This document shows, in pieces, positions 11,486-19,342 of a stretch of 42,185 nt of DNA (position 1 is the first letter of the stretch; each line of letters opens with the position of its first letter). The stretch is from an uncultured bacterium (GTDB taxonomy: Bacteria > Gemmatimonadota > Gemmatimonadetes > Gemmatimonadales > Gemmatimonadaceae), in contig CAXBQP010000027.1 of NCBI GenBank assembly GCA_963978095.1, positions 1 through 42,185 of the forward strand, in the 5' to 3' direction. The position numbers and the translations under genes are program-made. Below the pieces are notes generated by a model. It had not been told where the DNA came from. It worked only from the letters and a program-made list of their open reading frames with translations, and made no database searches.

Positions 11486-11542
11486 CTGTGAATTCATGAA
11501 ATGTTCACAGTCAGTATACGCTTACCCCAGCGCTTTTACCAA
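11486..11542 (-). promoter_or_regulatory. Putative sigma70 promoter (TTGGTA-N18-TATACT) with downstream inverted repeat CTGTGAA-N11-TTCACAG
   Basis: -10 TATACT at 11518-11513, -35 at 11542-11537, palindrome at 11486-11510, in an AT-rich gap. Confidence 0.4.
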
Positions 11543-12790
11543 GTCGGCCACCTGCCGCACTTTCGCCTCGACGATCGGCGATTCGGGAAGTACGCCTTCC
11601 ACCACGTCGAGGGTCTTGAGCCCGTTGCCGGTGATGCAGATGACCACCTCGTCCTCGAACGTGAGCTTCCCCTCACGAGCGAGCTGCACGGCGCCAGCCA
11701 CGGTCGCCCCACCGGCGGTTTCCGTGAACACGCCGGTGGTCTCGGCGAGCAACCGGATGGCGCTCACGATTTCCTCGTCGCTGACCTTGGCGCCCCAACC
11801 GCCGCTCTCCACAATGGCCTTGGCGGCGTACGGGCCGTCGGCGGGATTCCCGATCGCGATGCTCTTGGCGATCGTGTTCGGGATCTCCGGCACGATCTGC
11901 GCACCACCGCTTTCCACGAGCCGCACGATCGGTGCGCAACCACTGGCCTGCGCTCCATACAGCCGCGGGAGCGGACCACTCACCAGTTCCGCCGATTGGA
12001 ACTCGCGGAACGCTTTACGAAGCTTGGTGAGTAGCGAACCGCCGGCCATCGGCGCGATCACTGCCGTGGGCAAGCGCCAGCCGAGCTGTTCCGCGATCTC
12101 GAAGCCCATCGTCTTCGAGCCTTCACCGTAGTAGCCGCGCAGATTCACATTCACGATCCCCCAGCCGAAACGGTCGGCGAGCTGCGCGCAGAGACGATTC
12201 ACGTCGTCATAGTGTCCCTTCACCCGCACGAGGTTCGGGTTGTAGATGGCGGTGCCGAGGATCTTGGCCTGTTCGAGATTCTCGGGGATGAAGATCCAGG
12301 CGTTGAGTCCCGCGCGCGCCGCGTGCGCTGCCACGGCGTTCGCAAGATTCCCCGTCGAGGCGCAGCCGATCGTGTCCAAGCCGAGGGCGTGCGCGGCGTT
12401 GATGGCCGTCGTGACCACGCGGTCCTTGAAGGACAGCGTCGGCTGGCTGACGGCGTCGTTCTTGATCCACACACGTCCCACGCCCAGATGCGCGGCGAGG
12501 CGCGGGGCGTCGATGAGCGGCGTGAAACCGGTGTCGCGCGAATACGCCGGCTCCCCGATGAACGGAAGCCATTCACGATAACGCCAGAGGTTCGGCGCGC
12601 GGCGGGCGATCTCCTCACGCCCCGGGAGCACACGATCCTTGGGGTACCTGGGTTCGAGCGGTCCGAGGCACTTGTCGCAGATCGCGATCGGTGCCGCGTC
12701 CTGCTCGGTGCCGCAGAGCTTGCAGATCTGCGGCAGGATGCCGAGCGGGGGGCGTGACGCGGCGACGGGTTCGACCAGGGAAGTAGCCAT
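11522..12790 (-). CDS. thrC: Threonine-synthase-family PLP enzyme (fold II) of the sulfur-carrier-associated type
   Basis: N-terminal CxxC..CxxC; LWRYREWLP; PTLSFKDR (PLP Lys); CASTGNLA; EGSKT; ITGNGLKT; ATG 2 nt after the moeZ stop. Confidence 0.88.
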   Translation of the reverse strand: MATSLVEPVAASRPPLGILPQICKLCGTEQDAAPIAICDKCLGPLEPRYPKDRVLPGREEIARRAPNLWRYREWLPFIGEPAYSRDTGFTPLIDAPRLAAHLGVGRVWIKNDAVSQPTLSFKDRVVTTAINAAHALGLDTIGCASTGNLANAVAAHAARAGLNAWIFIPENLEQAKILGTAIYNPNLVRVKGHYDDVNRLCAQLADRFGWGIVNVNLRGYYGEGSKTMGFEIAEQLGWRLPTAVIAPMAGGSLLTKLRKAFREFQSAELVSGPLPRLYGAQASGCAPIVRLVESGGAQIVPEIPNTIAKSIAIGNPADGPYAAKAIVESGGWGAKVSDEEIVSAIRLLAETTGVFTETAGGATVAGAVQLAREGKLTFEDEVVICITGNGLKTLDVVEGVLPESPIVEAKVRQVADLVKALG

Positions 12791-12792
12791 GG

Positions 12793-13986
12793 TTAGTACT
12801 TGGGAATGGTGGGGTCGACGTCGTCGCTGTAGCGGGTGATCCCGCCGGTGAGGTTCCACACGCGCGTGAAGCCTGCGGCCTGCAGCGTGCGGAGCGCCTT
12901 GGCACTGCGCACGCCGCCCTTGCACTGGACGACGATGTCGCGTGAGCGATCGAGTTCGTGGAGGCGATCCGCGACGGTGGCGAGCGGAATCAACCGGGCC
13001 CCTTCGATGCGCGCGATCTCCCACTCGTGCGGTTCGCGTACGTCGATCAGATCCACGGTGCCGAGCGTGAGCCGTTCGGCGAGCTCGCGCGGCGTGATCT
13101 CGGGGAGTTCCCCGTCGCGGGCGGTGGCGGCCGCGGCTTGCGGCACGCCGCAAAACTCCTGATAGTCGATCAGCTGCGTGATTTCACGCGTGCCGCATGA
13201 CGGACATTCCGGATTCTTGCGGAGCTTCACGGTGCGGAACTTGGCATCGAGCGAATCGACGAGCAGCAGGCGGCCGATGAGCGGCTCACCGATACCGAGG
13301 ATCAGCTTGATGGCTTCGGTGGCCTGGATCGTGCCGACCAGTCCGGGCAACACACCGAGTACCCCCCCCTCGGCGCACGACGGGACGAGTCCCGGCGGCG
13401 GCGGCGACGGATACAGGCAACGGTAGCACGGGCCGTTCTCGGTGGAGAACACGGAGGCTTGTCCTTCGAACCGATAGATGCTGCCGTACACATTCGGCTT
13501 GCCGAGGATCACGCACGCGTCGTTGACGAGATAGCGCGTGGGGAAGTTGTCGGTGCCGTCGATGACGAGATCATATCCGGAGATGATCTCCAAGGCATTC
13601 TCGCTCGTGAGCGCGCGTTCGTAGGTGGTGAGCTCCACGTTGGGGTTCACGTCGCGGATCCGGTCGCGTGCCGAGTCGAGCTTCTTGCGCCCGACGTCCT
13701 TGGTGCCGTGCAAGAGCTGGCGCTGGAGGTTGGTGACATCGACGACGTCGAAGTCCACCAGGCCGATGTGTCCCACGCCGGCGGCGGCGAGGTAGAGACC
13801 GAGCGGTGATCCCAGTCCTCCGGCGCCGATGAGCAGGACGCGCGCCGCCTTGAGCTTCTTCTGCCCGGTGATCCCCACGTCGGGGATGATCAGATGGCGC
13901 GAATAGCGGAGGATCTCCTCCGGGGAGAGATCGGGAAGGGCGTCGGCGGCGGCCGACGGTTCGGGAAGGAGCGTCGCGGCGGACAT
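12793..13986 (-). CDS. moeB: MoeZ/MoeB-rhodanese fusion (ubiquitin-like protein adenylyltransferase + sulfurtransferase)
   Basis: RYSRH, GAGGLGS, NLQRQ, DGTDNFPTRYLVND, CYRC, SCAEGGVLG, CPSC; rhodanese DVREPHE...CKGGVRS. Confidence 0.93.
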   Translation of the reverse strand: MSAATLLPEPSAAADALPDLSPEEILRYSRHLIIPDVGITGQKKLKAARVLLIGAGGLGSPLGLYLAAAGVGHIGLVDFDVVDVTNLQRQLLHGTKDVGRKKLDSARDRIRDVNPNVELTTYERALTSENALEIISGYDLVIDGTDNFPTRYLVNDACVILGKPNVYGSIYRFEGQASVFSTENGPCYRCLYPSPPPPGLVPSCAEGGVLGVLPGLVGTIQATEAIKLILGIGEPLIGRLLLVDSLDAKFRTVKLRKNPECPSCGTREITQLIDYQEFCGVPQAAAATARDGELPEITPRELAERLTLGTVDLIDVREPHEWEIARIEGARLIPLATVADRLHELDRSRDIVVQCKGGVRSAKALRTLQAAGFTRVWNLTGGITRYSDDVDPTIPKY

Positions 13987-13993
13987 GGGTGAC

Positions 13994-14266
13994 TCAGCCT
14001 CCCGCGATGGCCGGTACCACCGTGAGTTCGTCGCCATCATTGACGGTCGCCGAGAATCCGCCATTGAAGCGGATGTCTTCGTCGTTCAAGTAGAAGGTCA
14101 CGTAGGCGTAGGGATTGCCGTCCGTGTCGCGGAGGCGCGGTGCGAGGTCCGGGAAGCGGGCAACGGCATCGGACACGAGTTCGCCGACGGTCGTCCCGGA
14201 GACGGGGATTTCCTTGGCATCCGCCAGCTTGGCGAGGACGGCGGGGAGGAACAGAGTAGCAGCCAC
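13994..14266 (-). CDS. Ubiquitin-like sulfur carrier protein (MoaD/ThiS family, CysO-like)
   Basis: 90 aa; LNDEDIRF..GDELTVVPAIAGG with free C-terminal GG; AGGAG RBS. Confidence 0.92.
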   Translation of the reverse strand: MAATLFLPAVLAKLADAKEIPVSGTTVGELVSDAVARFPDLAPRLRDTDGNPYAYVTFYLNDEDIRFNGGFSATVNDGDELTVVPAIAGG

Positions 14267-14305
14267 GGGTGGAACTCCTGAGAAGAGATGGAACGGGGTG
14301 GGAAA

Positions 14306-15211
14306 TCAGGCGGTCTTGCGGGCGAACGGCTCGCGCGAGAACTGGGCGAGGGCCGCGGCTTCGTTGGCGTCGATGCTGTACCAGTGTGTGGGGGACGGGA
14401 ACTGACCGGATCGCACGTCGTCGGCGTAGGAGCGGAACGCCGTCTCGACGACCTGATCGAGATTGGCGTACCGGCTCACGAACTTCGGTGCGATATCGCC
14501 GACGAAGTTGCCGAGGATGTCGTGCGAGATCACGAGCTGCCCATCGAGATGCGGGCCTGCGCCGATGCCGTAGCAGATGATGTCGAGGCGCTCGCGGATG
14601 TAGGCAGCGCTCTCGGGGGGCAGTGCCTCGAACAGGATGGCGAACGCGCCGGCCTCCTGCAGGGCGAGGGCGTCGTCGAGCACGCGCTGCGTGGCAGCGA
14701 GGGTCTTCCCCTGCACGCGATAGCCGCCCTGCTGTCCGAGCGACTGCGGGGTGAGGCCGAGGTGGCCCATCACGGCGATCCCCGCGTCGGTGATGGCGCG
14801 GACGCGACTCGCGACGCGCGCGCCCCCTTCGAGCTTCACCGCATCGCAGCCCGCAGCGATGAAGGCGCCGGCGTTGCGAATGGCGTCCTCGTCGGTGACC
14901 TGATACGAGAGGAAGGGGAGATCGCCCACCACGAAGGCCCGCTGCGCGCCGCGCGCGACGGCGCGGGCGAAGACGAGCATCTCCGTCATCGTGATGCTCA
15001 GGGTGTTGGCATGGCCGAGGACCGTCATGGCCGCTGAGTCACCAACCAGGAGGAGATCCACGCCGGCGCGATCGGCAAAGGTCGCCGTCGGGTAGTCGTA
15101 GGCGGTGACGAACACCGCCTTCTCGTCGCGTGCCTTGAGGGCGGCGAGCGTGTGGACCGTGACCTTCTTGTGGGGCGCGCGGGTCGAGCAGTTGGCGGTG
15201 GTCGTGGTCAT
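14306..15211 (-). CDS. panB: 3-methyl-2-oxobutanoate (ketopantoate) hydroxymethyltransferase
   Basis: TAYDY, LVGDS, GDLPFLSY, AVKLEGG, GHLGLTPQS, YRVQGK, GIGAG, DGQ, PKFV motifs. Confidence 0.93.
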   Translation of the reverse strand: MTTTTANCSTRAPHKKVTVHTLAALKARDEKAVFVTAYDYPTATFADRAGVDLLLVGDSAAMTVLGHANTLSITMTEMLVFARAVARGAQRAFVVGDLPFLSYQVTDEDAIRNAGAFIAAGCDAVKLEGGARVASRVRAITDAGIAVMGHLGLTPQSLGQQGGYRVQGKTLAATQRVLDDALALQEAGAFAILFEALPPESAAYIRERLDIICYGIGAGPHLDGQLVISHDILGNFVGDIAPKFVSRYANLDQVVETAFRSYADDVRSGQFPSPTHWYSIDANEAAALAQFSREPFARKTA

Positions 15212-15468
15212 GACAGGTTCTTCAGGCGAGGGGTCCAACGCAGAACGGCCATTCTCCTGGGGGGAGAACGGCCGCAAATACGCATTGACAGTGGAACTGA
15301 TCGCCTGGAGGTATCCGCGAGCGTACCGGATACGAAAATGCCCGGGGGCATAGGGGGCCACCAGGCGGTCGCGTTTTTAGCATTTCTTTAGCGTGGCTGC
15401 AATAGGCGGCAAATGACCACGGGCTTCGATTGTCTGATAAGGATCGCCGGTCTGGACGTGGAAGTCAA
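15212..15468 (-). promoter_or_regulatory. Promoter plus long structured 5' leader of the panB-sulfur-carrier operon (candidate attenuator/riboswitch)
   Basis: TTGACT (15468-15463)-N17-GATCCT; multibranch stem 15299-15370; 12-bp hairpin 15246-15274 with a G-U pair on the minus strand. Confidence 0.5.
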
Positions 15469-15512
15469 GGGGGGCGTGATGATGTTCGGGGACGCCCGGC
15501 GGTGCCCCGCTT

Positions 15513-16019
15513 CTACCTCGTGCTGAGCCGCACCTTCGGCGGGCCGTCGATCACGCTCAGCATGAGCGAATCGAAGGTCGCCGCAACGGGCGTCCCTGCG
15601 GGATACGGGTTCTTGGTGGCAAAGGAAAGGCCGAATACGTCGTCCCCGCGGGATCCTGCCTCCACCGCCATGGGTGGCCCGGGGCGCGCCTTCAGCTTCG
15701 ACCACGCGTTGCCGGGAAAGATGCGCACCAGGAAGAGCGTGGTTTCCGGCACGCCGCTCGCCGGTGGCGGAGTGAAGACGAACTCCACGGTCATCCGTGC
15801 GCCGGCGGTGGAATCGTTCCGCTCGACGGCGCGATACCGGCCCTTCCAGTAGATCGGAAAGTCCATCGCGAACTGTCCACGGGCACTCTCGAAGTGCTCA
15901 CCCGGGCCCGCGGACTCCGCGATCTGATCCGCGGCATTCTTCGGCGGGGACTTGGTGTTGGCGCCGCCGGAACACGCGGCGATCACAGCCATGGGGAACA
16001 GCAGCAGCGCGGTGCGCAT
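15513..16019 (-). CDS. Hypothetical lipoprotein
   Basis: Lipobox IAA-C after a hydrophobic N-terminus; GC3-rich codon usage. Confidence 0.7.
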   Translation of the reverse strand: MRTALLLFPMAVIAACSGGANTKSPPKNAADQIAESAGPGEHFESARGQFAMDFPIYWKGRYRAVERNDSTAGARMTVEFVFTPPPASGVPETTLFLVRIFPGNAWSKLKARPGPPMAVEAGSRGDDVFGLSFATKNPYPAGTPVAATFDSLMLSVIDGPPKVRLSTR

Positions 16020-16170
16020 AGTCCGAGGGCGAAAGGAGGAACAGGAAAACTAGCAGGTTCAATCCGCCGGGCGTCAGCCGGTGCGCCCGGGGCTGCCGAC
16101 CGACTCAAGTATTTGCCGCCGCGGTCGAGATTATCCTATGACGGCTTGCGAGGCTGAAGGCCGCCACCAT

Positions 16171-16243
16171 TGGGGTGTAGCTCAACTGGCAGAGCATCGC
16201 ACTGTTAATGCGACGGTTGGTGGTTCGATTCCACCCGCTCCAG
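16171..16243 (+). tRNA. tRNA-Asn (GTT), CCA not encoded
   Basis: Acceptor TGGGGTG/CGCTCCA+G; D arm GCTC..GAGC; anticodon arm TCGCA-CTGTTAA-TGCGA; T arm GGTGG-TTCGATT-CCACC. Confidence 0.96.
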
Positions 16244-16261
16244 CGTCTTCCTGACATAAGC

Positions 16262-16297
16262 CGGCGGTCCGCAGCGATGCGGGCCGTTGCGCGTTTT
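16262..16297 (+). terminator. Probable intrinsic terminator after tRNA-Asn
   Basis: CGGCGGTCCGCA-GCGA-TGCGGGCCGTTG hairpin (GNRA loop) followed by cgcgtttt. Confidence 0.6.
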
Positions 16298-16377
16298 GGC
16301 CACTCGGCGCACTCTTTCGGTGCGCGGCCCGCCGAGCGTATACTGTATCCTGCGGCATCACTCACGGGAGAGGAGAG

Positions 16378-16758
16378 GTGCCGGTTACCGCGCGATTGTC
16401 CCAAGCGTTCTATGAGCGTTTGGGCGAAGACGTCACCAACGAACTCGTACGGTGGTTCAACGACGTGGACGCCACGTATCGGAACGACCTGAAAGACCTC
16501 AACGAGCTCAACTTCGCACGATTCGACGCGAAGCTGGAGCAACGCTTCGCGCAGCATGATGCGAAGTGGGAAGGACGCTTTGCGGCAATGGACGCGAAGT
16601 GGGAGACGAGGTTTGCAGAGCTCGAGCTGAAGGTGGAGAAGCGATTGGCCGACTTCTCCGTGAAGATGGAACGCAGTCTCGCTGCCCAAACGCGCTGGAT
16701 GTATCTCGCATGGGCCGCCCAGATCGCCGCAATCCTCAGCCTCTGGGCCAAGAAGTAG
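16378..16758 (+). CDS. DUF1640/CCDC90-like coiled-coil protein with C-terminal membrane anchor
   Basis: GAGGAG RBS; head (YERLGEDVTNELV), 11-residue repeats (DAKxExRFAxx), TRWMYLAW..IAAIL TM tail; TATACT at 16339-16344 upstream. Confidence 0.75.
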   Translation: MPVTARLSQAFYERLGEDVTNELVRWFNDVDATYRNDLKDLNELNFARFDAKLEQRFAQHDAKWEGRFAAMDAKWETRFAELELKVEKRLADFSVKMERSLAAQTRWMYLAWAAQIAAILSLWAKK

Positions 16759-16775
16759 CACGAGGCAGAAACATC

Positions 16776-16806
16776 ACGAGGCGCCGGCGACTCGCCGGCG
16801 CCTCGT
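16776..16806. terminator. Perfect 15-bp inverted repeat between convergent genes (likely bidirectional terminator)
   Basis: acgaggcgccggcga-c-tcgccggcgcctcgt. Confidence 0.6.
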
Positions 16807-16827
16807 ACTCGGGGCAGGGACCTCCCG

Positions 16828-17295
16828 CTACCCCCGCCGGGCGTACACGCTCGACTTCCCGTCACGCGTGAAGGCGATCACCTGATAGGGTTGTTTCGGC
16901 CCATCGTCCATCCCCGGCGGGCCGTTCACCATCCCCGGGACCGACAGGCCGACGATCTTCGGCTTCTCCGTCAGCATTTTCCGCACGAGATCCGCGGGTA
17001 CATGCCCTTCGACCACGTAGGAGCCGATCAGCCCGGTGTGGCACGACTCCATCGAAGGGAGCACGCCGGCGCTGCGCTTGATTTCCGAAAGGTCGTCCAT
17101 GTCGATGACCTTCAGGTCAAACCCTTCATTCTTCATGTACGCGATCCAGCTCTTGCAGCATCCGCAGCTGGGACTCTTGTACACCGTCATCTTGAGCGGC
17201 GGTGCGCCTCGCGCTCCGGCCAATACGCCGCGGGGCGACAGCGCGGCCAACGCACCGAGCGCCGAGGCGACTCCGAGGAACTTCCGGCGATCCAT
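16828..17295 (-). CDS. DUF411/CopG-family metal-binding protein with Tat signal
   Basis: MDRRKFL twin-arginine; YKSPSCGCC, SCHT, EGHVP, VPGM..GPPGM; GGAGG RBS. Confidence 0.88.
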   Translation of the reverse strand: MDRRKFLGVASALGALAALSPRGVLAGARGAPPLKMTVYKSPSCGCCKSWIAYMKNEGFDLKVIDMDDLSEIKRSAGVLPSMESCHTGLIGSYVVEGHVPADLVRKMLTEKPKIVGLSVPGMVNGPPGMDDGPKQPYQVIAFTRDGKSSVYARRG

Positions 17296-17306
17296 GATCC
17301 CCTCCG

Positions 17307-19310
17307 TTACGGTTGCGTCGCGGGTGGCGTCGCCTGCCACACGTTGTTCGTACGGTCGGTGTCCACCAAGCGATTGTCCGGGTCGAGCTCGATCCGTACG
17401 ACCTTCTTCCCCGTGAAGTTGTACTGCCGCACGTAGCGAACCGTGTTCGTGCTCCACACCTCGGCCGGATAGTTGTAATCCGTCGTCGTGCCATCGCTGA
17501 ACGTGAAACGCGCACGGATCGGCAATACGCCCCGGGCGTGATTGCCGAAGGCGACCACATACTGCGTCGTATCGCCCTTGCTGCGCGCGCTGACGTCATC
17601 GACCCCCTGATCGAAATGCGGGTTCTCGATGAACCACTCCCGGAAGAACCAGTCGAGACGTCGACCACCCACATCTTCCATCGTGCGGAAGAAATCGGCA
17701 GGCGTGGGATGCTTGAACGCCCAGCGCTTGGTGTAGGCGCGGAACGCATCGTCAAAGGCCTCGGGACCGAGGATCTCCTGACGCAGCAGTTGCAATCCGA
17801 CCGACGGCTTCACGTATGCCTGGAAGCCGAGAAGGTTCGGGTCGATGCGATCGGGGCCGACGTTGATCGTGCGGTCCATCTGCGACCGCATCAGGTTTTC
17901 GATCATCGCGCGCTCCTGCGCGGCACGCTTCATCTGGTCCCCACCCTCGGGATACCGCTTCGCCTCCGAGAACGTGTTGATGAAGGTGTTGAATCCCTCG
18001 TCCTGCCACATGTACACGCGCTCGTTGCTGCCGACGATCATCGGGTACCACATATGCCCGATCTCGTGCGTCACGACGTTGTACAACTCCTGTTTGGTGT
18101 CGCTCTTGGTCTCCATCGCGATCATCGGATACTCCATGCCGCTGATCGGTCCTTCCACCGCCGAAATGTGCGGCCACGGATACGGGAACCACCGCTCCGA
18201 GTATTCCTGGATGCTCATGCGGCTCATGTCGGCCGCTTCCTTCCAGAGCGCCGCCGCCGACGGCCGGTAATACGCGAAGGCCATCGTGCCCTTGTAACTC
18301 GACGCGTCCCACTGATACTCCGGACTCGCGGCCCACACCGCGTCGCGCACATTCTTGGCGGTGAACTTCCACGTCTGCATCCCGTCCTTCTTGGGACGCG
18401 CCGCACCGCTCTTGAGTTCGTCGGCGGTGATGATGCTCACGACGTTCTCCGACTTGGCGGCGTCGGCGAGCCGCGCGATCTGCGCCGGCGTGAGCACCTC
18501 TTTCGCATTGTCGAGTGAGCCCGTGGCGGCCACGACATATCCGGCCGGAACCGTCACGCTGAGCGTGAAGTCGCCGTACTCCAGATAGAACTCGCCCTGC
18601 CCGAGATAGGGCTCGATGTTCCAGCCGCGCACGTCGTCGTACACGGCCACACGCGGATACCACTGGGCAATCTCGTAGAGCGTGCCGTCACGCCCCATGC
18701 GGTCCGCCCCGTGCTCGGGGACGGGAAAGCTGTACGCGATGCTGATCGTGGCCGAACGGCCCGGTGCCAGGGGTTCGGCGAGATGCACCTTGAACATCGT
18801 CTCGTTCTCGCGCGTCGACACGGGGACGCGACGCATGGGCTTGCCCCCCATCGCGGGCAGCACCTGCTCCACACGCGAGAAGGCATAGCCGCCCGCAAAG
18901 TCACGGGCGCCGAACCGTGACCCTTGCGGGAAGATGAACGCGTTGAGCGAGTTGGCCTTGAACGCGTTCTGTTCGGTCTGCAACCAAATGAACGTCAACG
19001 TGTCCGGCGAGTTGTTGGTGTACTTCAACGTCATCTCGCCCGAAACGGACTTGTGGGCGGTGTCGAGGGTGGCCTTCAAATCGTAATCGGCCTTGTTCTG
19101 CCAGTAGCGCGCGCCCGGGGCGCCGCTGCCCGTCCGCACGGCGCTCGGACTGGTCCCGATCACCAGGGGGGCGAAGATCGAGGTATCCCCCACACCGGTC
19201 AGGTCCATCTTCGGGCGCGCCCCTCCCACCGGATTGATCGACGCGACCTGAGCACCCACGGTGCCGGCGACCAGTACCAACCCTGCCACTCCACGCAGCA
19301 ACCGCTTCAC
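17307..19310 (-). CDS. Exported M1-family metallo-aminopeptidase
   Basis: GMEYP exopeptidase motif; HEIGH..WQDEG; YWQN, AQWYPR, HPTPADFFR; GGAGG RBS before GTG 19310 (alternative ATG 19346). Confidence 0.9.
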   Translation of the reverse strand: MKRLLRGVAGLVLVAGTVGAQVASINPVGGARPKMDLTGVGDTSIFAPLVIGTSPSAVRTGSGAPGARYWQNKADYDLKATLDTAHKSVSGEMTLKYTNNSPDTLTFIWLQTEQNAFKANSLNAFIFPQGSRFGARDFAGGYAFSRVEQVLPAMGGKPMRRVPVSTRENETMFKVHLAEPLAPGRSATISIAYSFPVPEHGADRMGRDGTLYEIAQWYPRVAVYDDVRGWNIEPYLGQGEFYLEYGDFTLSVTVPAGYVVAATGSLDNAKEVLTPAQIARLADAAKSENVVSIITADELKSGAARPKKDGMQTWKFTAKNVRDAVWAASPEYQWDASSYKGTMAFAYYRPSAAALWKEAADMSRMSIQEYSERWFPYPWPHISAVEGPISGMEYPMIAMETKSDTKQELYNVVTHEIGHMWYPMIVGSNERVYMWQDEGFNTFINTFSEAKRYPEGGDQMKRAAQERAMIENLMRSQMDRTINVGPDRIDPNLLGFQAYVKPSVGLQLLRQEILGPEAFDDAFRAYTKRWAFKHPTPADFFRTMEDVGGRRLDWFFREWFIENPHFDQGVDDVSARSKGDTTQYVVAFGNHARGVLPIRARFTFSDGTTTDYNYPAEVWSTNTVRYVRQYNFTGKKVVRIELDPDNRLVDTDRTNNVWQATPPATQP

Positions 19311-19342
19311 GACGGCCTCCCTAGGTGCGTGTGATATTGTGA

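Noticed and set aside
12793..14266. Molybdopterin/thiamine biosynthesis or ubiquitin-like antiphage system
   Set aside because: No moaE/moaA/thiG and no E2/JAB partners nearby; carrier is CysO-like and coupled to a PLP enzyme (trans roles not excluded)
15425..15442. TTATCAGA resembling the start of a SAM-I riboswitch
   Set aside because: Lacks the downstream GAGGGA/GGCCC, GCAACC and GGTGC elements
16171..16243. tRNA-Asn as an integration site for an island or prophage
   Set aside because: No integrase and no duplicated tRNA 3' end seen in the window
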